This document shows positions 45,930 to 59,190 of a DNA stretch of 64,000 nucleotides, piece by piece. Location of the stretch: the NCBI GenBank assembly GCA_051294375.1, contig CM119269.1:15573918-15637917 (forward strand). The letters run 5' to 3'. Origin of the DNA: Paraspadella gotoi. Its lineage: Eukaryota > Animalia > Chaetognatha. How positions within the stretch are numbered: position 1 is the first letter of the stretch; each line of letters begins with the position of its first letter. The position numbers were made by a program, and so were the translations under genes. Under the pieces are notes generated by a model that made no database searches, was not told the DNA's origin, and saw only the letters and a program-made list of their open reading frames with translations.

Positions 45930-46350
45930 GACGAAGAGAAGAAGAAACGGACAACGACGATAAGGAAAACCGACGATGACAACGACGACGCCCCTACTAA
46001 TGACGACGACGACAAATAGACGAAGAGAAAGAAACGACAACGACGATAAGGAAAACAACGACAACGGACGATGACAACGATGACGCCCCTACTAATGACG
46101 ACGACGACACTGACGAAGAGAAGAAGAACGACAACGACGATAAGGAAAACACGAACGAATGACAACGACGACCGCCCCTACTAATGACGACGCACCGCCA
46201 GAAGAGAAAGAAGACGACAACGACGATAAGGCAAAACGACAACGACACGCCAGCGTTGATCAACGAACGACAACGACGCCCCTACTAATGACGACGAGAC
46301 GACACTGACGAGAAGAAAGAAGACGACAACGACGATAAGGAAGACAACGA
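45930..46350. repeat. GAC-rich tandem repeat, ~90-100-bp unit, about 4 copies
   Basis: Recurrent gcccctactaatgacgacg and gacaacgacgataagg. Confidence 0.85.
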
Positions 46351-46713
46351 CAACGAGGACGCCAAAGCCGCTGACGACGACGACGACGCCAAAGCCGATG
46401 ACGACAACGACGACGCCGCGCTCCGACGAGATACCTTAAAAAGATGACATAACTCGTTCCTCCGTCGCACGGGCGTCGGTGTTATTGTAAGCCCGCGGGA
46501 CTCGGCCGGGACCCACACAGATTCGGTTTTCGGAACCCGAGAGCGTAACGATTCTCGCGAACAAAGTTCATCGCAAATTCCAAACTTTTTCGGGATCGAA
46601 AGTTTCACTTTTTCTCACGTCGTCGAGGAATTCATCACCCATTTTCGCTTTTCAAAATGAGCTCTTTCCTCGCGACGGGGAGGTGGATATATGGAGGGAG
46701 CCATGGCGATAAA

Positions 46714-46756
<43 letters not shown>

Positions 46757-48477
46757 CTTTGAATTAAAAAGTCATCAGTAATCCAACCCAGGACGGAATC
46801 GGCCCAAAACCAGAGGCACAAAAATGAAACGAATTAATAACTAGTTGGCGAGTGAGTGACAGTCGCTCTTGTTGTTAACGTAAATCGCTGAAGTGAAAGA
46901 CAACGTTGAGTATTTGAAACTCGAAACTACTTTGTTCTCAGCTCAATCTTTCTATCATTCTCTTCTGTTTGCAAATAAACTACCACGCCTCCTTAAATTT
47001 TTATTATGAAATAAAATAGAAAACGACTACTGGATTTCCCCTTATTTTTTCACTTTTTTCTTTATTTCAAGCCTTTGGGAGCTTAAATGATTTGAACAAA
47101 GACGACGATGACGACGAAGACGACGACGAAGTCTTTGTACTTTAACAAGTTTGTCCTTTAACTTTCCAATTTCTTTTCTTCTCTATTTGTCTTACCTTCA
47201 TATTTCTTTCCTCTTCCTCCAAAATTTCTCTTTCCTTTAATTTTCCAATTTCTTTCCTTCTCTATTTATCTTTCCTCCATTTTTCATTATTATTACACCA
47301 AACTATATTTTTCCTTCCACTTTCCCCATCTTATTTTCTTCTCTATTTATCTTTCATTTTTCCTCCAAAATTCTTTTTTTTCCGTCTCGATTATTTCCTC
47401 TTCCACCTACGCGAGAAGCGAAGAGATTTCTTCACCGATTCGCTTCCCACAACCATTTCCTTTTTTCTTCCTCTTCACTCCCTCCCCACCTCCCCTCCCT
47501 CACCCTCTCTCCCTCCACCTCCCCCTCCCCCTGATCCAGTCACGCCAACGCTTCTCCTCCGCCACGGCATTCAAAACAGAGGCCTTCCTTCTTCTGTCCC
47601 GACGTCGTTGCTATTCCACGCCATTCGTCCGAGATGCCACATACTTAACTGTAATTTACCAGTTTTTGCCCGCTCTCTCTCTCTCTCTCTCTTCTTTCCA
47701 TTCTTCCATCTTTCCATCCAATTCTTTTCTTCCTTCTTCGACTTCGTTATTCCTTCCCTTCTATGAAGCGAGACCCACTCAACGACCGCACCCTACCCCC
47801 CCCCCTTATTTCCGCCCCAGCCCCTTATTTCTCCCTCATCAGCCCTTATTTCCCCCCAACTTCCCCCAACTCCTTCCGTCTTTCGAGATTTTCTTTTCTT
47901 TTTCAATTTTTCTTATTCCGTTATTTTTTCCCTCTTCTCTTTTAATGAGCTGTTATAAAATCCTGTCGAACCGACTTTTTTTGGTTTTTTTTATCGATTT
48001 TTTAATTCGAGAGAATCTATTTTTTTTATTTATTTTTTTCTATTGCGTTTTTTTAAACATTATTTAAAATTTTGTAATCTAATTTCGTCCGTCTATTTTC
48101 ATGTAGATATCGTGGAGAGAGGACCCGTTTCGGCCTTGAGAAGGGCTCTATCTCTGGCAACGTTTTTTGGATCAGAATACTCTCTCACTCTCTCTCTCAC
48201 TCTCTCTCTCTCTTGCCTTCCGTTCACGCTGAGAAAAAAAAATAAAAGGAGGAAAACATTTGCGGAGAAAAAAGATTCGCCCTGAACCTCCTTCGTCTCA
48301 CTCTCTGTCTCGTTCATTCACCTTCTCGTTTTTAGCGTGATTCGCTCGGTCTCCTCTCTTCTCTCTTTTACTAACCCTTCAGTTTTAACGAAGACTGTCC
48401 ATCTCTTTTCTCTCGCTCACTTACTCTCTCGTTGTTAAAATCGTAATTGGCTCTTTTCTTCCTACTCCATATTCAGT

Positions 48478-48508
<31 letters not shown>

Positions 48509-48638
48509 CCCCGACTTAATCTCCCCTCCTTCCTTCATCCCATTCAATTTTGTTTTTCCCTCCATGTCACTCACTCTCCTCCAGAGAATTTACCAAAAAA
48601 GTTACTCCTTTTCTCACCCATCATCACCTTACTCACTC

Positions 48639-48673
<35 letters not shown>

Positions 48674-48742
48674 GTTCCTCCTTGGCACTTTCGATGTGCT
48701 GCCCTTAATTTTTCCCAGTCGTATCTCTCTGATGACATCAAA

Positions 48743-48777
<35 letters not shown>

Positions 48778-51007
48778 GTCTCTATGGTTGTCATCTCATT
48801 TATGAACCAGTACACGAACTCTTTCACCATAAAGAAGGACAAAGTCTTGGGGGGGAAAAACTAAAAACTAATATTGTTGAAATTGAACTAAAAAAAAAAA
48901 TCAAACAATTACGATAGAAGGAAAGAAGAAAATAATTATTGAAAATAAAGAGAGAAAGAAAGAAAGAAAGAGAGAAGAAAGGATAGGAAAAGTGGAAAAC
49001 AAAGAACCAAAGAAAATAAAAATGATCAATTAGAAAGGAAAAAGAAATAAACGATAGTTAGAAAGAAAGCAAAAGTGAAAGAAAGAGAAAAAGAAAAAAA
49101 AATAAGAAAAAAAAAAGATGAGAGGGAGGAATGAAGGAAAAGCGAGAAGGCGTTAAAGTGTGAGAGAGCGGAAGAGAAGACCAGAAGCGCCGGCTGGCGG
49201 GCGAGAAAGGAATCCCAAATAAAGCGGACTAATCAGACAAAAGACGGTAAAACAAAACCCCGAAGAATGACAGCGATCCGGAGAAAAAATTGACCAGAAA
49301 AAAGAAAAAAAAAAACGGTAAGGAGAGAAGAACATAGAACAAGAACATAGAACAAGAACATAGCTCGGGAGAGATAAAGAAAAGTATTAAAATATTTTCT
49401 TCAGCAAGAAAGAAAAAAACAAAGAAAACAAAAAAATAAAGAAGGAAATTAAGATAGAATCGGGAAAGAAAGTAAGAAGGAAAAAATGAAAATAAGAAGA
49501 GAAAAAAAGAAATAAAAAAAGAAAGAAGGAAAGAGAGAAAACCAAATAAAAATATCTCTTTCGAAGAAAATGTAAAAATAAATCTTTTTCAAATCGTTAA
49601 ATAAAAAAAAAAAAGAAAGAAAGAAAGAGAGAAAAGGAAAAACCCCGAGAATTCAGGTTGAAGAGAAATCGCGGAAAATCCAGGGACCAACCTTGGATTC
49701 TGGAGCCCATGAAACCACCGAGATTTCCGCCATTTCTGACCCTTCGACGACGCCGAAGCCGAGGGTGAGTTCGGCGAGGTTTTTGATTTTTCTTACCTCA
49801 CCCTTTTTTCGTTTAGTTTTTCTGGACGCGAAATTTCGAGGACAAAATCGATTACAACGCGGATTAGAGGAAAAAAAAAAAAAGAAACAAAATCTCTTTA
49901 AAAAAACAACATAAAATTGAAAAGAAAAAAGAGAGGTGGAAAAAAGACAAGTCAATAAGGTACTTCAGAAAATATTCATGGCATTTACAAATTGACGATA
50001 CCAACTCTCTCGGTCATGAAAAAAGGCGAAAGCGAGAGAGAAACTTTTATCAACTATACATCGGTTTTCAAGTTCGGAGGGTTAAGGGCGGACGCTCCGA
50101 CTCGGCACACTCAGCTGAGGGTTAACGGAAGTGACCATCAGGCATTGGACGCCCAGAGACTCGATTTCCGCTCAAAGAAACTTATGTATAATAAGAATGA
50201 AGAAATCATAAATTTTAGAATCCTCGATTTCGTAATCTCAGAAGCAGTAAAGAGAGAGAACGAGTTGATCCGCGACTCTGTTTTCAGGGTTGAGGGCCAA
50301 ACCAGTGGGGGTCAATCAAGTGGGTCTCTCTCTCTCTCTCTTACACTCTCTCCTCTCGCCAACAACTAACTAGCCTTTCGACCGGAAAATCGCTCGCCGC
50401 TTTCCTCCCGCCCCCCCCATGCTGCCAAACGTGGGGGGGGGGAACGGGGAGTGGCGAAAGCCCATTTTGGTTTCCCAATCATCGTCAAAGTTTGAGAGGC
50501 CGCGACGTGGCCCGACTAACCAGTTACCAGTTCGCCTATCAAAAATCTCTCTGTTTTTCTCATTAAGACTTTTTTTCCCCTTTTCTAAACCTTTTTTTTC
50601 TAAACCCCCGCATTCATGGCCCTGAGGTCTTCCCTCACTGGCCCGATAATCATCACAGTTTTCCTTCAGTTTTCCATCGGTGAAATAACAATTAATACTC
50701 GCCAATAACCTTACCTTCCCTACTTTATTTATTTCAGTTGCCACTTTCATGGTCTCCATTTACTGTCTTTTAATCGTTCCATTCATACTGCCCTCTTTTC
50801 TCTTCTACCCCCCTTACCCATTTCCATATGAGCCACTCATCTCTTTTTCCACATTTGCTCGCACTAAACGTTCCCTTGCCTTTATTAGTTTATATGATCT
50901 CATATATCCACCGCGGTCGCTCGTTTGATAATTGCTTTCTAATGTCCTCAATTCCTCGCCCCTCTCTAATTCGGCGCTCAACTGCCACAGCTTGCTCTCC
51001 CATTTGC

Positions 51008-51310
51008 CATTTCTCACCACGACTGCCCCGATTTCTCTTCCAACTCACCACATTCTCACCACGACTGCCCTGATTCCTCCTCCCATCTCCCCACGACTGC
51101 CCTAATTCCTTCTCCCATCTCCCCACAACTGCCCTGATTTCTCCTCTCATCTCCCACAACAGCCCTGGTTCCTTCTCCCATCTCCCCAACAACTGCCCTG
51201 ATTTCTCCTCTCATCTCCCTGCCCTGATTTCTCTTCCCAATCACAGCACATTCTCACCACGACTGCCCTGATTTCTCCTCCCTTCTCCCCACAACTGCCC
51301 TGATTCCTTC
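51008..51310. repeat. Minisatellite, ~30-45-bp unit
   Basis: Recurrent ccacgactgccctgatttctc / cccatctcccc. Confidence 0.85.
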
Positions 51311-53085
51311 TCCCCCTTTTCTCATATCTTTCCCCTCGGGTGGTTTTGACAAAGACGGCCGGGTCTCTTAGCTGCAAGAAATTTTCCCAAGCAGCCATTA
51401 TTAGCACTCGTTAATGGGCCGGTAATGACGGCGGTAATTCGATTACCCGCCGATTTCGCCGCTTTTTTTAACAAGCCTTTTTTTAATGAGGCGAAGCATC
51501 TTCATAAGGAACTTTTTAATTTCGTGATTTAAAATCGCTAAGTTAAAAGTTAAAAGTGGATTTGATTAGTATATACGTAACGAATTAAATTTACAGTATA
51601 GTTTATAAAATTTGAAAACCAGCTTCTTGGGTCTTTTTTCATTCTTTTAGGTTTTTCTTGGGCTTTTAAAGTAAAGTTAATAAATTTTTTTTAGGTTCCT
51701 TTCACTCTCTCTCTCTCTCACTCTCTCTCTCTCTCTCTCTCTCTCTCCTTCTTTCTTTCACCTCGCCCGACCAAACGTCAGTCAATCAGTTGGTAGAGGC
51801 AAGACCATTTCCAACTTCAACCTCTTAATGTTTCCTTTGTTCGCAAAGTAAAACTCAGCAAACATACATAGTTCTCTTCTAACTTTGACAAACTAGTCAA
51901 ATTCTAAACAAAAATTCCATAACCAATACCCGCGTTTGATAAAAAAAAATCGAACCGAATTGAAGCGAAAGAAAGGCGAAAATATGAGATGAAAGGCGGG
52001 GAGTGAGAGAGAGAGAGAGAGAGATATTGGAAATCGTAAACGAGGCATTGTGAAAGCGCTCGTCAAATGACGATATGTTGTCGAACTCTGAATAAACATA
52101 GAATTAAAAGGTATTCCGAACTTGGGCAAAAAATACTATGGTCCATAAACAAACAGTAAAATTAAAAAATTAAAACATTTAATGAATTTTCAAGAACATT
52201 TAGTCAACTTTTGAGCGAAAATAAGAACTTAAGACAATTTTTTTTCTGTTTGAAGAAACTTCGAATTGGATGTTGAAGGAGAGAGAAGCCAACAAAAATA
52301 TTTCTGGTTAAATTATAAGAAATTATTCCTTAATTAAAAATAAAAGTAACTTAAAACATAATACAAAAAGCATAAAATTTAGACTAGGAAAAAGAAAAGA
52401 AATGATAAAATAAGGATAAGGATTGGGTCAAACACTGACAATTTCTCCCGAATCACTACCGCCACCTGGAGTCTCAAAAAAAATGGAATGACGTTTTTGC
52501 CTGAAATCCGATCAAAATCTTTTTCTCTTTTTATTTCTTTCAATCGCGAAATTCGATTTTTCATTTCGTCTCCACAAAAGACGATTTTTTCGTAAATTTT
52601 TGTTTTATCTTTTTTTAAAATCATTTTGTTTGTTCAGCTTATTTTTTTAATATCCATTAAATTCACGTTCGATTTTAGAGTTGTGTTACATAAGCTCAAT
52701 TAATTTTCTTAAAGTATTATCCTTATTTGCTTCATGAGAATTATAAATTGATAAATAAAGTTTGAAATTTAAACAAAAAGGTTATTTTAGTCTCGGAATT
52801 ATCAAAATATTTTAAATCCAGTACAGGTGGAATTAACATAAGGTCAGTTGATTTCGTTTTCTCTCATTTATCACCACCATTTTCGTTAGATGTGAAAGGT
52901 TGTGGCAAAAATTTTTAAAAAAAATGTAAAATGAGAAAAAAAATATGCCTTAAACGATTATATATTTTTTTGCAACAAGTCGGTGTCCAGACGAAAAAAA
53001 AAAAAACTTTACTAGAGTCGTCGGCTGAGGCACTTGGAGCGAAAATAATGTTCCATAGAGTAAAACAATAATAAATGACATTGAA

Positions 53086-53126
<41 letters not shown>

Positions 53127-53943
53127 AATCCGCGCGAGGAACCCGAAGAGTTTTTTCGAATAAAAAAAAGGAGAGTGAAGCGAAAATTTTTTCGGTGGCG
53201 AAAGAGAAGAAAGGAAATTATGCATGAAAAAATGGAGGAGGAGGAGGAGGAGGAAGAGGAGGAGCGGAGCGAGAGGAGGAAGAGGAGAAGGAAAGTGAGA
53301 AAGAGCGAAGATAACTTCTTTCTTCCACGGATCGTTTGAGAACGGAATAAAAATGAAGTTTGTGGGCAAGGGGGACAGAACCCAGGTTTTTTTTTTATTA
53401 CCAAGATCTAAGCATAGTAGTGTCGTGTTAGGAATGGGAATATTAGACAAATTTGCACCCTTTTTTAGGTTTATGTTTGAGAACTCAAAGTTAAAACGTT
53501 TAAAAAGAAAAATAAAAGTAATTTCTGATTTGTACAAGCGATCTTTGATAATAAACAGGAATTAAATTATAATTTCGGGATTACAATTTAAAAAAATGGG
53601 ACGTAATTAAATGGGGAGGAAGAAGAGAGTCGATCGAGGAAAAAACCTGGGAGATAAAATGGAAAGAAAAATTATCGAAGAAGAGGAAAAATGGAGGAAG
53701 ATCAACCCGATATATCTATTTATATATGTACCTTGGAGGCAAAATAGAGAGAGAGAGAGAGCGATATATATATAGCGATAGAGAAATCCGCGAGATATCA
53801 ATCTTGCCAACTCGTTTATGATTCCTTTGGGCTTTTCGAGTTCCGACGCGACGCGAGTTTTGTCAACAATAGATTCTGACCCGGAGCTAATTTTAGGCTC
53901 TGCCCTCAGAGCCACTGTCCTTTTTCCTTATAGAGGTTTATAA

Positions 53944-53984
<41 letters not shown>

Positions 53985-54152
53985 AATACAACAAAAGCAG
54001 GAGATTAAACAGAGATATCGTGGACCAAATTGTTATTTTTCGATTAATTGATTGTTTCAGAGGAGAAATCACGTTTTCGTCAGAGCGGTCACCTTATCCC
54101 TCGTGGTGATTTCAGGTCAATGATTGTAAATCTTGAGCCCGGAATCAAACCG

Positions 54153-54389
54153 TTATGGTGGACTAAAATCCACCAACCGTTCATCAGCGGCCATTGGTGC
54201 CGGAGGCAAGTCATTCGCCTCCCAACCCAAAGGTCCGGGGTTCTAGCCCGGTGGTCGTCTGGCAGTTTAGAGGGACGGGGCGCTTAACCCGCCTGTAACA
54301 CGATGTTACAGCCTGATCCGAAGCTCAGGGACTGCTTATATTGAACGGTTCTGTCACTAACATATAACAATAATTACTGTCTCTTCACC
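54153..54389 (+). mobile_element. Dispersed repeat family A with a tRNA-like segment (SINE-like)
   Basis: 54187-54258 has an A-box-like TGGTGCCGGAGG, a TCGCCTCCCA anticodon-arm-like stretch, a B-box-like GGTTCTAGCCC and pairing ends. A second copy lies at 2928-3101. Confidence 0.7.
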
Positions 54390-55715
54390 GTTTGTGTAAT
54401 AATTTAAAAATAACAGAGCTGTGAAGTTCTTTTCGACTTCCTGTTTTCGGGGTCGTGCGTTCGAGGCGTCTCCCGTTCAAAATGTCCGACAACAGTTTTC
54501 GAATTTTAATGTTTTATTATCCAAAACCCCGTAGAAACTAAGTTTCAAACGGGCAGACGCTAGTCCGTGATTCGATCCAGAGATTGAATGACTCAGTATC
54601 AAAAGGTAAACCAAAAATTAACCTTAAGAGGCTTCATACTCTCACGGCCAAACGAGTTTGACTTAGACAAATCAGATACTGAGAAAGAAAGGCGGGGCTT
54701 AATATCTTTGTCAGAGCTAAATCAAGTATAAATTCATAAATATATCGTAAAAGTAATACTCGAGAAGACAAAGTCTGGGTAAGTCCCATCGTCGTTATAC
54801 GTAACACGAAAACGTCATCTCGACGTCCTCGTCGTTGGATCGATGCCACTCGTGTTGGCTCGAAAAGCCGTGACGCGTAATGAGCGACGCTTGTTGGTCA
54901 TCATCGCCTCTTTCCGTTCGACGCGCCGCCAACTGTCACCGTAATTCACTTTCTCATTATTTTCATTATTACTAATTTGCGTCATTTTCGACGTCAGAAA
55001 CATGACTTCGTTTTAAATAATAGTGACGGGTGTTCCGGCAGGGACTTTAGAAAAAAAAATAGACATAATGACCTCGTTAAAATTCATGTTAAAATGAAGT
55101 AGTTTATTCCACCGATATTTCACGGAGAAATGACCACCACCGCCCTTAGACACTAACTCGGTCTGCGCCACTATCCCACGGTCGTTCACACTTCAGGGGA
55201 GCATGTTTTTCCCCATCTTCACGATCTAAGTAAAAAAGACTCGCGTTGCCACTTTCCTTCGCCTCGTTGCCACTCGCTGCCGAGTTCACGGTGAACGTCG
55301 GTTCATCACGCTTTTCGGTTCACCGCCCGGGTTCCTTCTTTTTCCGCCTTCGCGAGGAAGCCAGTTGCGGGGGGGGGGTTTACTTCGCCGACCCCGGTTC
55401 ACAGTCTTTCAAGTTTTTCTATCGTTGACAGCTCAGTGTCATTTTCATTTCACTATCAATTGAAGATGCCAGTATAGATACAACAATGTCATTGCTAAAA
55501 GTTAAACCAACAGATTTATAGCTTGATTTTGTAATTGCATCATTTAAATGTACTTTTTTATATTACTTATCGTCAACAGGATCAAAGCTGCTTAAACATA
55601 TAATAATGGTTATTTCATGTTTAAGATTCGCAAAAGTATTATATAATTCCGTAGTTAAAAAGTTGATTCTAGTGATTTGTCAATAAAAATCAAGAAGAAT
55701 AAGAGCAGCAAATAG

Positions 55716-55872
55716 GTTCACTGTCAATTACTAACTATGCCAACTCACTGTCGATTCAATTTTATTGTCGATGCCATTTATTGTTATTGCCAGTTCATTG
55801 TTAATGTCAGTTCACTGTCAATGCCAGGTCTCTGTCGATGCCAGTTGACTGTGAATGCCAGTTCACTGTCAT
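55716..55872. repeat. Degenerate ~18-bp tandem repeat
   Basis: Units resembling gttcactgtcaatgcca. Confidence 0.7.
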
Positions 55873-55997
55873 TGCTATTTCATCGTCGTCGCTTCGCTTC
55901 AGACGCCGATTCTTTCAGACGGAAAAAACTGTTTTTAGCTTTTGTCTTTTGTGGTGAAAAATCGAGAGACGTGAAATGGAGGCTACTTACCGCGAGT

Positions 55998-56205
55998 GAA
56001 GGAGAAAAAAAGGAGTGAGAGTGAGAGTGAGAGGGTATGAAGTGATATAGAGAGAGAGGGAGAGAGAGAAGGAGAAAAAAAGGAGTGAGAGTGAGAGGGT
56101 ATGAAGTGAGATAGAGAGAGAGAGGGAGAGAGAGAAGGAGAAAAAAAGGAGTGAGTGAGAGGGTATGAAGTGAGATAGGGAGACAGGGAGAGAGAGAAGG
56201 AGAAA
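55998..56205. repeat. Purine-rich minisatellite, ~65-bp unit x3
   Basis: Unit gaaggagaaaaaaaggagtgag...gagggtatgaagtga. Confidence 0.85.
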
Positions 56206-56726
56206 AATTCAGTAAGAAAGAGAAAAATTGAGCGAATGAATTAATTATTAAAGAAAGAGAGAAAAATTGAGAGAGAGAGGGAGAGGGAGAAAGGGATGGG
56301 GAAATAGTATATATGTTTTTCGAAAATCCTAAATCCCAAATCCAGAGAATGTTCTGTTTTTTAATTTTTCAAATCGAAACAACATGGTTTATCTTTGCAT
56401 TTAAAGTGAATATTTCCAAACAAGGGCCTGAAGCCGTAGATTCTTTTGTGCGAATAAGCACCGTCTTAGTCACTCAAACACAGTACCAAAAGTATTGTCA
56501 CCTTGTGTTGGATACTTTAACATCCCCCACCCAATCAATTAAAACAATTTAATTATAATTAATTAAGAAAAATTAAAAAGATACCTTTCTTACAGCTTAC
56601 AATTCGTTAAACAAAAATCTTAAAAGCATAAAGATCGAGCCGCTTTCGAGATAGGTAAGATTGAGTATTGCGATAGCTCGATGAGATCCGGAGCTTCACG
56701 TGTTATGAGCATCGATGTGACGATAT

Positions 56727-58259
56727 TCACAAAAAATACTTAAATCCAAATGTAATATGAAAATATCACAGTTATTTCAAGCATAAAAGCATATAATTTC
56801 TAACTTACTATGATCGCACACTTTTGTAAAACTTTATCATAATTATCGGAGCCATGACCGGCGAAGCCGGTTCAGGCTCTATAATGTTTTAGGTTGCTTC
56901 TTGTGATGGAGTCGTGTCGTCGTCGTGTCTCGGCGTCACGCTGTTTTTATATAAAACTACTACGCTTTTATAGGTTTGGCTGTAACTTACGTTTTTTTTA
57001 AAATAAAACTTATTATGAATTATGATAAAGTTTTACAAAAGTGTGCGATCAAAGTAAGTTAAAAATTTAGATATGGCTTTTCATCTTGAAATAGCTGTGA
57101 TATTTTCATATTACATTTGGATTTAAGTATTTTTTTTGAATTTCCACTTCATTATGATTTACTGCAATATGCAAATGAGATTAAAGTACTCATTATAACA
57201 CCAAATTAGTATATAGAAAGCTTTAATCTAATTTACATATTGCAGTATATAATATTGAAGATGAAATTCAAAAAATTTTTTTTAAAAATAATAAAAATGG
57301 GAACTCAAATTATCTTTTTAATGAGAAGCTATATCTTAATTTTAATACAAATAAAAATAAAATCTTTTACAAGCTGCGATTGGAAAAAATTGGAAAAATT
57401 TCCAATTGTAAACAATTGTAACATATTTTTGCCTTTCTTTTATTTCTTTAAATTACATATATATATTTTTTTCTTTTTTAGAGAAAACGAGTTCAGTCTC
57501 TGCAATGATCTGTACAGCGGCCTTCCAGCAGCTGTCCAGCTTTGTTTCTCTCTGTCTGTCTCTCTCTGTGTCTCTCTCTGTGACTCTCTCTGTCTCTCTC
57601 TCTCTCTCTCTCTGTGTGTACGATTTTTGCGTGATCGTTCGTTTTTGGAAAAAATTCTGATTATTTTTTTCCTTCTAAAAACTTTTATTATCACCATTAT
57701 CCCAAATTACATCCGAATTTTCGTGGATTTATTTAAGAAAAAGTGAAGAATAACTCATACGTCAGAAATTTTACGCTTCTCTCCATTTCTCTCCGTCTCT
57801 AACATGATTGTTATTAAAGAAAAAAATATATAATAAGCAAATAGCATATTTAATACAGATTTACATTGCCAGAGGAAATCTTTTCATACTCTGTCCAATG
57901 TTGTTGAGCGAAAAACCTTAAATTTTTTTCAACAATTTGAATATGCCGGATTGTATGCTATATGCCGATCATTTTTTTACTGCCTATTTTGCCGGTTTAT
58001 GGTTTAAACTACCAAACAATGTAATCTAGTTATCAAGTTCCATTAGTGAGGCAGTGATGAATTTGAAATGTGTGTCCATTTTCTTTGTTTCATATCGATT
58101 CAAGTATTTTTTGTTTGAATTTCCACTTCATTATAATTTACTGCAATATGCTAATTAGATTATAGTACTTACTGCAATATCAAATTAATATATAGTAAAC
58201 TATATTTTAATTTGGCGACGAGTAAACGATTTCGCGCCTATGCACGCGTCTGTTCAGCT

Positions 58260-58328
<69 letters not shown>

Positions 58329-58909
58329 TTCTCTCTTTACGATCTCTTGCGTGATCGTTCGTTTTTTTGAAAAATTCTGATTATTTTTTTCCTTCTAAAA
58401 ACTTTTATTATCGCCATTTATTCCGCGCTTTTTTTTTTCAATAAACAAAATCCAAATTTATATCTGAGATTTTCGTGAATTTTTTTTGAGAAAATGTGAA
58501 GAATAACTTACTTGACCGTTACGTGTATAATAGGATCAACTTGACCGAGATCACGCCGCCGTTGCGAGGCAACGGATAACCGATATAATTGGAAAGAAAT
58601 ACGGTTTTTCTTTTTTATTTCTCTCTCTCTCTGCTCTCTCTCTGATTATTTTTTTTCCTTCTAAAAACTTTATTATCACCATTTATTCCGCGCTTTTTTT
58701 CTCTTTACCTGGATTTCGTGGCCGTTGCGAAGAACGAGTAAACAATGTCAAGGAACATGACCTAATAACGCGATAACGCGATATTATTATATATTTATGG
58801 AAGTCAAAAATATCATAGTCGTTAACTGATATTTTCAACTATATATTTTGTTAATAGGGATTTAATAATTTTTCAATGTACAAAAAATTTCTTATATGCG
58901 CTTCTTTTT

Positions 58910-58975
<66 letters not shown>

Positions 58976-59151
58976 TTTTTTTTTCTTCTAAAAACTTTTA
59001 TTATCGCCATTTATTCCGCGCTTTTTTCTCAATACAAATCCCAAATTTACATCCGAGATTTTCGTGGATGTTTTTCCTAAAAATTCTGATTATTCTTTAT
59101 ATAAACGAGAGAGACCTAATAATGCGTTTCATTGGCGGGAAAACTGTCCAG

Positions 59152-59190
<39 letters not shown>

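Noticed and set aside
46434-46705. Possible alternative coding first exon of EAAT (minus strand, donor near 46432)
   Set aside because: No ATG-initiated frame reaches the donor and there is no homology; it may be non-coding.
54187-54258. Functional tRNA-Gly gene
   Set aside because: The anticodon and D stems pair poorly, and it is embedded in a dispersed repeat.
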